A stretch of DNA of 64,000 nt from Clostridiales bacterium (GTDB lineage: Bacteria > Bacillota > Clostridia > Christensenellales > QALW01), in assembly GCA_015069575.1 (NCBI GenBank), contig SVIH01000002.1, forward strand, positions 75,508 to 139,507, given 5' to 3'. This document shows positions 53,196-63,416 of the stretch, in pieces. The translations under genes were made by a program, and so were the position numbers. Position 1 is the first letter of the stretch; each line of letters starts with the position of its first letter. The notes beneath the pieces were generated by a model. The model saw nothing but the letters and a program-made list of their open reading frames with translations. It was not told the origin of the DNA and made no database searches.

Positions 53196-53855
53196 TTATT
53201 TCTTTTTTTGTTTTTTGATTTTATTTTTTGTAATTAAAAAACTTTCGCTTGCTTCAGTTTGAAAAATCCGTGCTTTCTTGAACCCTGTAACGCGGTTTTG
53301 TGCAATTAGCGAAACGGGGTAATAAGATAACAATGTTGAAAGGCATATAGCGCTGAATGCTTCAGGGGGGAAAAGCATATTGTATTCGCCCCTAATTACT
53401 ATAACGGTATTAAAAACAAGCATAGAAAATGCACAGTTAAATAACAGTGAACGCTTACCGTAACATAAAATTACTGAAAGCACAGTAAGGGCGAGGGAAT
53501 ATATGAAAAACGGTTCATAAATAAGCCCGATAGGTTGGGGCAGAATGCTTAATGAAAGTAAATAAAGAATAAAAGCACAGCCAATAGAGGTTAAGACGCT
53601 TTTAACGGGAAAAGAAAGTTTAAACAAAAGAAAAGCCAAGTATCCAACTACTGTAAAAAAAGGAACTATATAAAAATCTACCCCTTCTAAAAATAGCGGT
53701 TGAATTATATAGAAAAAGGCAAAAGAAAGTAAAAACAAAACAGTTTTCCATTTTGATAAAGCGAGGGTATATATAAGTCCTTTGCCAAAATTAAACAAAA
53801 CAGGTACGGCAAGTACAAGAACAATAATAACACCTAAAGGCAATAATAACACCAC
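53196..53855 (-). CDS. hypothetical polytopic membrane protein
   Basis: About 6-7 TM segments, Lys-rich C-terminus, 12-nt gap to the GNAT gene. Confidence 0.5.
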   Translation of the reverse strand: MVLLLPLGVIIVLVLAVPVLFNFGKGLIYTLALSKWKTVLFLLSFAFFYIIQPLFLEGVDFYIVPFFTVVGYLAFLLFKLSFPVKSVLTSIGCAFILYLLSLSILPQPIGLIYEPFFIYSLALTVLSVILCYGKRSLLFNCAFSMLVFNTVIVIRGEYNMLFPPEAFSAICLSTLLSYYPVSLIAQNRVTGFKKARIFQTEASESFLITKNKIKKQKKK

Positions 53856-53998
53856 CGTAAATTTTTTCTGTTATTATCCCAAAATTTCTTTAAAAATATT
53901 CATTTGTTGTTATTATTTATTAAAACATAAATTATGTGTGTAATCAAGTGAAAATTCTAAAATTCAAAAAGAGTTTACATAGTATAAGAAAACGGTTG

Positions 53999-54439
53999 CT
54001 ATTCAACCGTTTTCTTTTTCGTAAACATTTTAAAAAGTGCCGAAACAATGCTTAATCCTAAAGTTATTGCACCGATAAAAGTAACGGTTTCAAGGGCATA
54101 ATATGAAACATTGTCCCAATGGTTTAATACTGCGTTTTGCATAGTGTAAAAAAGAGAGCTTCCGGGAACAAGCGGTATTAAAGCAGGTATTGTAAAAATT
54201 GTAGTAGGTGCCTTTAAAACACGCGCAGATATTTCACTATAAAATGATGCAAAGGCAGAAGCTAAAAATACTGCAAAAAATAAGTTATGCATTAAATGAT
54301 TTATTGCTAAATAAACGCCCCAGGCAAGCATTCCGCCTAATGAACACGGCAAAATCCTTTTTAATTTAATATTATATAAAAGTGCAAAACCAAATGAGCC
54401 AACAAAAGCATATATAAGCTGAAGGATAATGTCTATCAT
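53999..54439 (-). CDS. threonine/serine exporter family protein, small subunit (DUF3815/YjjB-like)
   Basis: Four to five TM segments. ATGA start/stop overlap with the upstream ThrE-like gene. Start at MIDIILQ. Confidence 0.7.
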   Translation of the reverse strand: MIDIILQLIYAFVGSFGFALLYNIKLKRILPCSLGGMLAWGVYLAINHLMHNLFFAVFLASAFASFYSEISARVLKAPTTIFTIPALIPLVPGSSLFYTMQNAVLNHWDNVSYYALETVTFIGAITLGLSIVSALFKMFTKKKTVE

Positions 54440-55194
54440 GCAAAAACACCTCCCCAAAGGCTCATAGCAAGCATAAATCCACCTGCAAGGGAAATTGCCC
54501 AAAGTAAACTTTCAGAAAATTTAATTAATCCCGAAACTGTATCGCCGATAATAATATCTCTTACTGCATTAGTAATTGCAAGGCCGGGAATTAAAAGCAT
54601 AATATCACCGATAATTATCATATCACTGTTAAACCGAGGTAATAAAAGTGTACATAAAAAAATACATAAGCCAATAACAAGTGATGACGTTAAATAAAAG
54701 AACACTTTATTAGGGCAGATCTTTGAATAATGTAACTGCAAAAAGCAAATCAAAAGTGCAAAAATACCTGCTAATATTCCGTCGTAAATGCTTCCGCCAA
54801 AAAACAGTGCAAAACCGCCTGCAGTAAGGAACGAGCCTATATATTGCTTTATTTTTTTAGGCGAATTATCAGTAAGTTTATGTAAATTTTCATCAAATTC
54901 ACATATGCTCATATTAGCACAATAACGGCATAAAGCGTTTAATTCTTCGATTTTTTTGAAATCTGTAACTGCTTGAAGGTTCAGGCGTCTTGTTTGCGTT
55001 TCCAGACTGTTATCATTAAAAGTGACGGTAATATTTATAACGGATGTTAAAACAAAAACGTCAACCTTAAATGCTCCGTAGTTTTTTGCAACACGGGTAA
55101 GCGAATCTTCAACGCGGTTTATTTCCGCCCCTACTAAAAGCAAAGATTCACCTAAATCAAGCAAGCATTTAATTAAATACTGTTTTTCATTCAT
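54436..55194 (-). CDS. threonine/serine exporter family protein, large subunit (DUF1212/YjjP-like)
   Basis: N-terminal soluble region LLVGAEINRVEDSL followed by TM bundle, typical ThrE N-part. Confidence 0.7.
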   Translation of the reverse strand: MNEKQYLIKCLLDLGESLLLVGAEINRVEDSLTRVAKNYGAFKVDVFVLTSVINITVTFNDNSLETQTRRLNLQAVTDFKKIEELNALCRYCANMSICEFDENLHKLTDNSPKKIKQYIGSFLTAGGFALFFGGSIYDGILAGIFALLICFLQLHYSKICPNKVFFYLTSSLVIGLCIFLCTLLLPRFNSDMIIIGDIMLLIPGLAITNAVRDIIIGDTVSGLIKFSESLLWAISLAGGFMLAMSLWGGVFA

Positions 55195-55242
55195 ATTTAT
55201 TTTCCTTAAAAAAAAGGGGACGATAATCGCCCCTTTGGTAAT

Positions 55243-56877
55243 TTATTCTGCTGAAATTAAATAATAGTATACAGGCTGACCGCCATTGACAACTTCAAAG
55301 TCAGTATCAGGATATTTTTCTGATAAAACATCTGCAATATCGTTTGCATCATCTTCGGTAGTATCTTTGCCATAATAGATTGTTAAAATTTCATTTTTGT
55401 CCTGTAAAAGTTTTTCAGCAAGATCAATAGTAACTTGTTTAAGATCTTCTCCACAAAAAGCAATGGTGCCTTCTTGTAATCCTAAAATATTACCTTCATG
55501 AATGGTCTGCCCGTCAAACTCAGTATCTCTTACAGCGTAAGTAACGCTTCCTGTAAGAACCTCGCCATAAGCATCCATCATGCCTTCGGCATTATCCTCA
55601 CCATTTTCGTCAGGATCAAAAGCAAGCATTGTTGCAATACCTTGCGGAACTGTTTTTGTAGGAATAACAAATAACTTTTTGTCAGTAAAATCCTGTGCCT
55701 GTTCTGCGGCAAGAATTATATTGGAATTGTTTGGCAAAATAATAACAGATTTTGCATTTACTTTTTTAACTGCAGCAGAAATATCCTCTGTGCTTGGGTT
55801 CATCGTCTGTCCGCCGGTTACAACATAATCAGCACCTAAATCCTTGAAAAGCTGAGTAAAACCATCACCTGAAGCAATGGCGATAATGCCTACTTCCTTT
55901 AAGTTTTGCTTGTTTGCTTCAACAATTTCACGGTGTTGCTGAACCATGTTTTCGATTTTGATTTTATAAAGTTCACCAAGTTCAAGCGCCATTTGTAAAG
56001 CCTTACCCGGATCGTTAGTGTGAACGTGTACTTTAACAAGCTCCGGATCACCAACTACTACTAATGAATCACCAATCTGTGCAAGTTTATTTCTTAATTT
56101 TTCAACTGTTTTTTCTGTAACTTCAGGCTTTAATTGCTGAATGAAAAATTCTGTGCAATATGCAAAAGTGATTTCATCCATCTCTGCAACTTCTTCAGAA
56201 GTGTCTCTGGAAATATTATCACTTATTGCAGTAAATTCAAAAGGTGCAATATCATCGGGAATTTCTTCACCGTGAACAACAGCACTGAAAGCGTGCATAA
56301 TTGTCATAAGCCCCTGACCGCCTGCATCTACTACGCCGGCTTTTTTAAGTTGGGGAAGCATTTCGGGCGTCTGCAATAAAGTTTCTTCGCCAACATTAAT
56401 TGCAAAATCAAAAATACCGCAAAGATCTAAAGAAGTTTCATATTTTGTTTTTTCAGCCATTACGCGAATAATAGTTAAAATAGTGCCTTCTTTTGGTTTC
56501 ATAACTGCTTTATAAGCAGTTTCCTGACCTAATTTTAAGGCAAGGATAAAATCTTTTGCAGTTGCTTCTTCACAGGTTTCAAACTGTTTTGCAAAACCTC
56601 TTAAAATCTGTGAAAGAATAACGCCGCTGTTACCGCGAGCGCCTTTTAATGCCCCGCGGGACATTGCTTTTGCAACAGTAGCAAGGTCGTCTTCCTGAGC
56701 GGATAAAACTTCCTTTAAAACTGACTGCATAGTTAAGGACATATTTGTTCCTGTATCGCCATCTGGCACAGGAAAAACATTAAGATCATTAAGTTGTTGT
56801 TTGTTTTTTTCTAATAATGAAGCAGCGGCAACCACCATTTCTTTAAGCAGGGCGCCGTTAATTAAAGAATGTTCCAT
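55243..56877 (-). CDS. yloV: DAK2 domain fusion protein YloV
   Basis: N-terminal DAK2 (VFPVPDGDTGTNM, ARGNSGVILSQ) plus DegV-like C-half. Follows the Asp23 gene as in Bacillus yloU-yloV. Confidence 0.85.
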   Translation of the reverse strand: MEHSLINGALLKEMVVAAASLLEKNKQQLNDLNVFPVPDGDTGTNMSLTMQSVLKEVLSAQEDDLATVAKAMSRGALKGARGNSGVILSQILRGFAKQFETCEEATAKDFILALKLGQETAYKAVMKPKEGTILTIIRVMAEKTKYETSLDLCGIFDFAINVGEETLLQTPEMLPQLKKAGVVDAGGQGLMTIMHAFSAVVHGEEIPDDIAPFEFTAISDNISRDTSEEVAEMDEITFAYCTEFFIQQLKPEVTEKTVEKLRNKLAQIGDSLVVVGDPELVKVHVHTNDPGKALQMALELGELYKIKIENMVQQHREIVEANKQNLKEVGIIAIASGDGFTQLFKDLGADYVVTGGQTMNPSTEDISAAVKKVNAKSVIILPNNSNIILAAEQAQDFTDKKLFVIPTKTVPQGIATMLAFDPDENGEDNAEGMMDAYGEVLTGSVTYAVRDTEFDGQTIHEGNILGLQEGTIAFCGEDLKQVTIDLAEKLLQDKNEILTIYYGKDTTEDDANDIADVLSEKYPDTDFEVVNGGQPVYYYLISAE

Positions 56878-56888
56878 TTTTTACCGCC

Positions 56889-57239
56889 TTAAACTCTGAT
56901 GCCCTGAATGAGAACGTCAACATTCTCAACCTTCAGACCAGTCTGTAATTCAACAGCATATTTAACTGCCTCAATAACATTGTGCGCGGCAGCAACCATA
57001 GAAACACCGTATTCAATAATAACGTGAAGTTCGAATTTAACCGAATCACCGCTTGTATTTACCTTAATACCTTTTGTTAAACTTTCTCTTTTAAGAAGTT
57101 CGGCAATGCCTTCAGCTGTACTTGTTGCTGACATACCAACAATTCCTGCACAATCGCAAGCAGCAATACCTGCAATGGTAGCAAGCACGCTATCAGAAAT
57201 AGTGGTTGTGCCAAGCTGTGTTGTTGTTTTGATGGGCAT
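56889..57239 (-). CDS. yloU: Asp23/Gls24 family envelope stress protein (YloU-like)
   Basis: ISDSVLATIAGIAA... pattern. AGGAGG RBS before ATG 57239. Confidence 0.8.
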   Translation of the reverse strand: MPIKTTTQLGTTTISDSVLATIAGIAACDCAGIVGMSATSTAEGIAELLKRESLTKGIKVNTSGDSVKFELHVIIEYGVSMVAAAHNVIEAVKYAVELQTGLKVENVDVLIQGIRV

Positions 57240-57436
57240 AAAATTTACCTCCTGAAAAAATATAACACGCAAAAAAATAAAATAAATAAAATGAAAACAT
57301 GTTTGCGTACACGATTATTTTACTATAATTTTCGTACAATGTAAAGTGAATTTTTCCATACATATTTTTTTCTACATAATAGTATATTAAGGTTTTTATT
57401 TAAAATTCGTAAAAAAGTTTAAATTATAACAAAAAA

Positions 57437-57462
57437 GACTCCTTAAAAAAAGGAGCCTTTAA
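57437..57462 (-). terminator. weak intrinsic terminator after leuS
   Basis: 6-bp stem ctcctt/aaggag followed on the minus strand by tctttttt. Confidence 0.35.
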
Positions 57463-57465
57463 ATG

Positions 57466-59880
57466 TTAAATTGCAACGATATTTAAAAGTTTGCCAGGAA
57501 CTGCAACGATTTTTTTGATTTCCTTGCCTTCAACAAGTTTTTTAACAGTTTCATCTTCTTCAACAAGTTTTTCCATACCGGCTTTATCAATATCAGCAGG
57601 AACCATCAGCTTTGCTTTAATCTTACCGCAAATCTGAATAACAATTTCAACCTCATTTTTAACAAGTTTCTTTTCGTCCCAAGCGGGCCAAACAGTTTGA
57701 TAAAGTCTGTTTTCAAAGCCTGCTTCTTCCCACATTTCTTCAGTTAAGTGGGGGGCAACAGGGTTAAGAAGAGTCAACAGAGTTTTAAGTTCTTCTTTAT
57801 TGATACTGCCTAATCTGTAAATATCGTTTACATAAGCCATCATCTGTGCGATAGCGGTGTTGAACTTCATCTGCTCAAAATCTTCCGAAACCTTTTTGAT
57901 GGTGGCGTGCAGAAGTGCATCTCTTTCCTGTGTCATAGGTTCGTCTTTCAGTAAATCCTGTAAGCGCCATACTCTTTCAAGGAAACGACGGCATCCGCGT
58001 GCGCCCTTTGTTGACCACGGAATTGCTTGGTCAAAGGCACCCATAAACATTTCGTACATTCTGAATGAGTCTGCACCGATTTCATTAACAATATCGTCAG
58101 GATTAATAACGTTACCACGGGATTTGCTCATTTTTTCACCGTTTTCGCCTAAAATCATACCGTGGCTTGTACGTTTAAGATAAGGCTCTTTTGTAGGAAC
58201 AACGCCAATATCATAAAGGAAACGGTGCCAGAAGCGTGAATACAAAAGATGAAGTGTTGTATGCTCCATACCGCCGTTATACCAGTCAACAGGAAGCCAA
58301 TATTTCATTTTGTCCATATCAGCAATAGTGCCTGTGTTATGCGGATCAACATAGCGGATAAAGTACCAGGAAGATCCTGCCCACTGTGGCATTGTATCAG
58401 TTTCACGCTTTGCCTTACCGTGGCATTTGGGGCAAGTGGTGTTTACCCAGTCATCAAGTTTTGCAAGTGGTGATTGTGCATCTTTAGTAGGAATAAAGTC
58501 GTCTGTATGCGGAAGAGTTAAAGGTAATTCGCTTTCATCAAGTGGAACCCAACCGCACTTTTCACAGTAAACAAGGGGAATAGGCTCACCCCAATATCTC
58601 TGGCGTGAGAATACCCAGTCACGCAATTTATAATTAACCTTTGCTTCGCCGATACCTTTTTCGGTTAAGTGCTTAATAATGGCTTCTTTTGCTTCTTTAA
58701 CTGAAAGTCCATTTAAGAAACCGCTGTTTACCATAACACCTGTTTGAATATCGGTAAATGCTTCTTCCTGAACGCTGCCCCCTGCAACAACCTCAATAAT
58801 AGGAAGATCAAATTTCTTTGCAAAAGCCCAGTCGCGTTCATCGTGCGCAGGAACAGCCATAATAGCGCCTGTACCGTAGCTCATAAGTACATAATCTGAT
58901 ACCCAGATAGGAATTTCTTTTTCTGTAAGGGGATTAATAGCAAAAATACCGTCAAGCACAACGCCTGTCTTTTCTTTTGCGGTTTCAGTTCTTTCAAAAT
59001 CACTCTTTTTCTGTGCGTCCTCGCGGTATTTTAAAACTGCATCAAGATTCTTTATCTTATCACCTAATGCATCAATCATAGGATGTTCAGGAGAAATAAC
59101 CATATATGTTGCGCCAAAAAGTGTGTCAGGACGAGTGGTGAAAACTGTTAATGTGTCGTTATATAAAGGCACATTGAATTTAACTAAAGCACCTTGTGAT
59201 TTGCCGATCCAGTTTCTCTGCTGTGTCTTTACTTTTTCAATAAAGTCAACATCGTCAAGACCTTCTAAAAGTTTTTGAGCATAATCAGTTATGCGAAGCA
59301 TCCATTGGCTTTTTGTTTTTCTGATAACTTCGCCACCGCAACGCTCACAAACACCGCCAACAACTTCTTCGTTAGCAAGGCCAACATTACAAGATGTGCA
59401 CCAGTTAATTGCGATTTCGCTTTTATATGCAAGCCCTTTTTTGAAAAGTTGCAAGAAAATCCACTGTGTCCACTTATAGTAATCAGCATCAGTGGTGTTT
59501 ACTTCCCTTGAATAGTCAAAAGAAAAACCAATCTTTTTAAGCTGATCTCTAAAACGGTCAACATTGTTTTTTGTAACAAGTTCAGGGTGAATATTATTCT
59601 TTATCGCAAAGTTTTCAGTAGGTAAGCCAAAAGCATCCCAACCAATAGGATAAAGTACATTATAGCCTTGCATACGGCGTTTTCTTGAAATAATATCAAG
59701 GGCTGTGTTAGAACGGGGATGCCCAACATGTAAGCCTGCACCGGAGGGATAGGGGAACTCAATAAGCCCATAGAATTTAGGCTTGCTTGTGTCGCTGTCA
59801 TCAGCTTTAAAAGCACCTTCGTTTTCCCAGATATCCTGCCATTTTTTTTCAATTTTTAAATGTTCATAAGGTTTTGCCAT
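57466..59880 (-). CDS. leuS: leucine--tRNA ligase
   Basis: 804 aa. HVGHPRS (HIGH), KMSKSRGN (KMSKS), CP1 editing region, zinc-type CxxC pairs. Confidence 0.95.
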   Translation of the reverse strand: MAKPYEHLKIEKKWQDIWENEGAFKADDSDTSKPKFYGLIEFPYPSGAGLHVGHPRSNTALDIISRKRRMQGYNVLYPIGWDAFGLPTENFAIKNNIHPELVTKNNVDRFRDQLKKIGFSFDYSREVNTTDADYYKWTQWIFLQLFKKGLAYKSEIAINWCTSCNVGLANEEVVGGVCERCGGEVIRKTKSQWMLRITDYAQKLLEGLDDVDFIEKVKTQQRNWIGKSQGALVKFNVPLYNDTLTVFTTRPDTLFGATYMVISPEHPMIDALGDKIKNLDAVLKYREDAQKKSDFERTETAKEKTGVVLDGIFAINPLTEKEIPIWVSDYVLMSYGTGAIMAVPAHDERDWAFAKKFDLPIIEVVAGGSVQEEAFTDIQTGVMVNSGFLNGLSVKEAKEAIIKHLTEKGIGEAKVNYKLRDWVFSRQRYWGEPIPLVYCEKCGWVPLDESELPLTLPHTDDFIPTKDAQSPLAKLDDWVNTTCPKCHGKAKRETDTMPQWAGSSWYFIRYVDPHNTGTIADMDKMKYWLPVDWYNGGMEHTTLHLLYSRFWHRFLYDIGVVPTKEPYLKRTSHGMILGENGEKMSKSRGNVINPDDIVNEIGADSFRMYEMFMGAFDQAIPWSTKGARGCRRFLERVWRLQDLLKDEPMTQERDALLHATIKKVSEDFEQMKFNTAIAQMMAYVNDIYRLGSINKEELKTLLTLLNPVAPHLTEEMWEEAGFENRLYQTVWPAWDEKKLVKNEVEIVIQICGKIKAKLMVPADIDKAGMEKLVEEDETVKKLVEGKEIKKIVAVPGKLLNIVAI

Positions 59881-59959
59881 AATTTTTAAAACTCCGTTTC
59901 AAAATTTAAGTATATTGTATTTTATTATATAAGGTTAGAATTGTCAATTAAAACATAAC

Positions 59960-60598
59960 TTAAATAGTGGATAATTCTTTTAAAATTTCGTCAACATTTT
60001 TAACGATGTAGGTTGCACCTGCTGTTTCAAGTTCTTCTTTTGTGCCGTATCCCCATAAAACCCCAAAGGAAACGATGTTATTTGCTTTTGCACCTTCTAT
60101 ATCGTCTGATCTGTCACCAACCATTATTGCAATAGCGTTTTCTTTATCAAGAATTTCTTTAATAAATTTGCTTTTGCCCGGGTATATTCCGTGCAACTTT
60201 GCGCCTTGAAGCGAAGTGAAATAATGGTATAAATTGAAGTGCTTAAGCACTGTTTCAACCATAACAGTAGGTTTGCCTGAACAAATTCTCAGTTCCCATC
60301 CATTATCCTTTAATGTGCTTATTAAACGGGGAATATCAGGATAAAGGTAATTTTCATAAATGCCTTTGTCCCAATAATATTCGCGGTAAACATCAATCAT
60401 ATTTTCCGCTTCTTCTAATGTTAACCCGTAAAGGCGCATAAAACTTTTGTTAAGAGGCGGACCTACACAACTTTTTTTATCCTCTGATGAAATTGGTTTA
60501 AGTTTAAGTTTTTGTTCAGCATATGTAATTGCGTTTATTATACCAGTGCCTGAATCGGAAATCGTTCCGTCAAGATCAAAAAATGCAATTTTTTTCAA
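59960..60598 (-). CDS. HAD-superfamily hydrolase (phosphoglycolate phosphatase-like)
   Basis: TTG start 8 nt after GGAGG gives MKKIAFFDLDGTISDSG (motif I). GDRSDD is motif IV. Confidence 0.8.
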   Translation of the reverse strand: MKKIAFFDLDGTISDSGTGIINAITYAEQKLKLKPISSEDKKSCVGPPLNKSFMRLYGLTLEEAENMIDVYREYYWDKGIYENYLYPDIPRLISTLKDNGWELRICSGKPTVMVETVLKHFNLYHYFTSLQGAKLHGIYPGKSKFIKEILDKENAIAIMVGDRSDDIEGAKANNIVSFGVLWGYGTKEELETAGATYIVKNVDEILKELSTI

Positions 60599-60703
60599 TA
60601 TAACAGCCTCCTTTTTATGATGGTTTGAGAATAACATAACAAGCAAGTAATGTCAATATTAAAAAAATAAGCAAAAAAAATTCAAAAAAATTGTCAAAAG
60701 TGT

Positions 60704-60733
60704 TTGACAGTTTTTATGGTTGTTTGATATAAT
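60704..60733 (+). promoter_or_regulatory. sigma-A-type promoter for rpsU
   Basis: TTGACA (60704..60709), 18 nt, TATAAT (60728..60733). Confidence 0.55.
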
Positions 60734-60792
60734 TGCCATGTAGTTATGAAGAATAACTCTCGTGTAATTTCACACTGAGGGGAGGGATATAG

Positions 60793-60966
60793 ATGTCAGA
60801 AATTCATGTTGGTGAAAACGAATCATTAGAAAATGCTCTTAAACGTTTTAAACGTAAGTGTGCCCGTGCTGGCGTTCTTGCTGAGGTTCGCAAGAGAGAA
60901 CATTATGAAAAGCCCAGTGTAAAAAGAAAGAAAAAGGCTGAGGCTGCAAGAAAAAGAAAATATTAA
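60793..60966 (+). CDS. rpsU: 30S ribosomal protein S21
   Basis: Not in the ORF track (57 aa). [66 protein letters not shown] is a typical bS21. Confidence 0.9.
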   Translation: MSEIHVGENESLENALKRFKRKCARAGVLAEVRKREHYEKPSVKRKKKAEAARKRKY

Positions 60967-60973
60967 TCTTTAA

Positions 60974-61009
60974 AGATAACCGATAGTATTTGCTATCGGT
61001 TATTTTTTA
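60974..61009 (+). terminator. intrinsic terminator after rpsU
   Basis: ataaccgatag / ctatcggttat 11-bp stem followed by ttttt. Confidence 0.75.
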
Positions 61010-61047
61010 TAAATTCACCTCATAAATTTTTTTATGGGGTGTTTTTT

Positions 61048-61305
61048 ATGTCAAAAAAAGATTTTATTTATAAAACAGGTCTTGCACCTGAAGGGGCAGG
61101 GTATTTTAAAATATCGTTGTTTGAAGATAATTTTCTATTAATAGAAAATCATTCAGGAATTGCCGATATGAAAAGTGAATGTATAAAAATATTTTGCGAA
61201 AAAAGAATAGTGGGAATATTTGGCGAAAATCTTACTATAAGAGAGCTTGATGGTTGTTGTTTAAAAATAAATGGTAAAATTTTTAAAATAGAATATTTGA
61301 CCTGA
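61048..61305 (+). CDS. yqfC: sporulation protein YqfC (YabP/YqfC family)
   Basis: About 85 aa with ...LLIENHSGIADM...I.G..L.I family pattern, directly upstream of yqfD. Confidence 0.75.
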   Translation: MSKKDFIYKTGLAPEGAGYFKISLFEDNFLLIENHSGIADMKSECIKIFCEKRIVGIFGENLTIRELDGCCLKINGKIFKIEYLT

Positions 61306-61315
61306 AAGGATAATT

Positions 61316-62452
61316 ATGTTAAAATTATTAAATGGAGATTTATATTCTTATGAAAGACTTCGTTTTACAGGTCTTAATACACAGGATATTTTAAATATTT
61401 CATATAAAAATGGAATAATAATTAAGAACGCAGTTCGCACCGAATATGCCCAGATGGAAGCTGATGTTTACTCTATACATGTTAAAAAGCTCAAAAAACT
61501 TCTGGGTAAAAATAAATATAAAATATCCACAATAAAAAAACGTGGCGTTTTTTATCAGTTTGATACAAACAAAAACCGAATTTTTTTATGGGTAAGTTTG
61601 CTAATGGCATTTTTAGGGCTATGTTTGTTTTTTTCACGAACATGGTCAGTTAAAGTGTTTGGATATGATCAGCCTGAAAAAATAATTCAGATAGTTAAAA
61701 ATAACAATATGATTTCATGGAAAAAAGGGCTGAATAATAAAATTGAAGATTTGCAGTTACAGATTTTAAAAAGTGACGATAATATTTTGTGGAGTTGGGT
61801 AACTGTAAACGGTACTAATATTGAAGTTTATGTTAAGAAAGATGAAACATTAAAACTTCCTGAAAACAAGCAAGGAAATCTTTATGCAAGCAAAGATTGT
61901 GTAATACGTAATCTTGTGGTTTTAGGTGGCACAGGCAAAGTAGAAAACGGCAAAACTGTAAAAAAAGGCGACATTTTAATTGAAGCTACTCAAAAAATAG
62001 GGGAGGAATTTTATCCTGTTAATGCCCAAGGCAAAGCTGTTGCAAGCGTATATTACAGTTCAAGCCAGACGGTGCCTGTAAAAAGCACCGTTTATACAGA
62101 AACAGGAAATAAAAAAAATATTTGCCGAATCAGGTTTTTAGGTATGGATATTCTTGCAGGCGGAAAAAATGAGTTTGTAACAAGTAACAAAACAGAACAA
62201 AAAATAAACACATTTGGGCTGCCTATAGATATAACAAAGATAATATACAGTGAAACGCAAGGTGAAATTAAAACGGTAGATAACGAAACATTGGTTAATG
62301 AAACACAGGCTCAACTTATTACTTTTTTAAAACAGCAAATGCCTGAAAATGCAGTTGTTCATAAAACAGAAACTACTGTTACGGAAAATGATGACAGCCT
62401 GACGGTTCATGTGTATATCGAAACTGTTGAAGATGTTGCTGTAAGGGGATAA
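61316..62452 (+). CDS. yqfD: sporulation protein YqfD
   Basis: 378 aa, one central TM, conserved position between yqfC and phoH as in Bacillus. Confidence 0.75.
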   Translation: MLKLLNGDLYSYERLRFTGLNTQDILNISYKNGIIIKNAVRTEYAQMEADVYSIHVKKLKKLLGKNKYKISTIKKRGVFYQFDTNKNRIFLWVSLLMAFLGLCLFFSRTWSVKVFGYDQPEKIIQIVKNNNMISWKKGLNNKIEDLQLQILKSDDNILWSWVTVNGTNIEVYVKKDETLKLPENKQGNLYASKDCVIRNLVVLGGTGKVENGKTVKKGDILIEATQKIGEEFYPVNAQGKAVASVYYSSSQTVPVKSTVYTETGNKKNICRIRFLGMDILAGGKNEFVTSNKTEQKINTFGLPIDITKIIYSETQGEIKTVDNETLVNETQAQLITFLKQQMPENAVVHKTETTVTENDDSLTVHVYIETVEDVAVRG

Positions 62453-62454
62453 AA

Positions 62455-63411
62455 ATGGAATATATAAACATTGAAAATTCTGAATACTTAACTGAACTTT
62501 TTGGTATGCGTGATGAAAATATCCGTATTATTGAAGATGAACTTAATGTGCGTATAGCGTTAAGGGATGATCGTTTAGTTGTGGATAGCGAAGATAATGA
62601 AAAAGCCGTTATTGCAAACAGGGTAATAAAAAGGCTTATAAATCTACTTGCACGCAATGAAAAAATTGACCGCAGTCGTATAAGGTATGCCGTTGAACTT
62701 GCTAAAGAGGGCAGAGATGAACTTATTGAAGAAATAATGAGTGATGTGGTTGCCATTACTTATAAAGGCTCACAGATCAGGTGCAAAACATTAGGCCAGC
62801 AAAAATATGTTCGTGCAATGCAGAATAATACGGTTGTGTTTGGTGTAGGCCCTGCAGGAACGGGAAAAACATATCTTGCAATGGCAAACGCAGTTATGGC
62901 TTTTAAAAATAAAGAAATTTCTAAAATAATTCTTACCCGCCCTGCTGTTGAAGCAGGTGAAAAGTTGGGTTTTCTTCCCGGAGACCTTCAGCAAAAAGTT
63001 GACCCATATTTAAGACCGCTTTATGATGCTATTTATGAAATGATGGGCGTTGAAGCATATCAAAAACTTTGGGAAAGAGGCGCCATTGAAGTTGCACCTC
63101 TTGCATATATGCGTGGCAGAACATTAAACGATGCTTATGTAATTTTGGATGAAGCACAAAACACAACTGTAGAACAGATGAAGATGTTTTTAACCCGTCT
63201 TGGTGAAGGGTCAAAAATGGTTATTACAGGGGATCTTACACAGATAGACCTTCCCGAAGGAAAAACAAGCGGATTAAAGCATGCTATAAATATTTTAGGC
63301 TCAATAGACAAGCTTCAGATATGTCATTTAACCGCAAAAGATGTTGTTCGCCATGAAATAGTAATGAACATTATCAAAGCATATGATAAAAGTAATGAGC
63401 AGAAGAGGTAA
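62455..63411 (+). CDS. phoH: PhoH family ATPase
   Basis: Walker A GPAGTGKTYLA, ILTRPAVEAGEKLGFLPGD, Walker B ILDEAQN. Confidence 0.9.
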   Translation: MEYINIENSEYLTELFGMRDENIRIIEDELNVRIALRDDRLVVDSEDNEKAVIANRVIKRLINLLARNEKIDRSRIRYAVELAKEGRDELIEEIMSDVVAITYKGSQIRCKTLGQQKYVRAMQNNTVVFGVGPAGTGKTYLAMANAVMAFKNKEISKIILTRPAVEAGEKLGFLPGDLQQKVDPYLRPLYDAIYEMMGVEAYQKLWERGAIEVAPLAYMRGRTLNDAYVILDEAQNTTVEQMKMFLTRLGEGSKMVITGDLTQIDLPEGKTSGLKHAINILGSIDKLQICHLTAKDVVRHEIVMNIIKAYDKSNEQKR

Positions 63412-63416
63412 AAAAT

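Noticed and set aside
60647-60720. A-rich low-complexity stretch (aaaaaaaataagcaaaaaaaattcaaaaaaattg) considered as a repeat array or CRISPR-like.
   Set aside because: It has no regular repeat-spacer periodicity. It is a divergent promoter region containing a short inverted repeat, ttgtcaaa/tttgaca, that overlaps the -35 elements.
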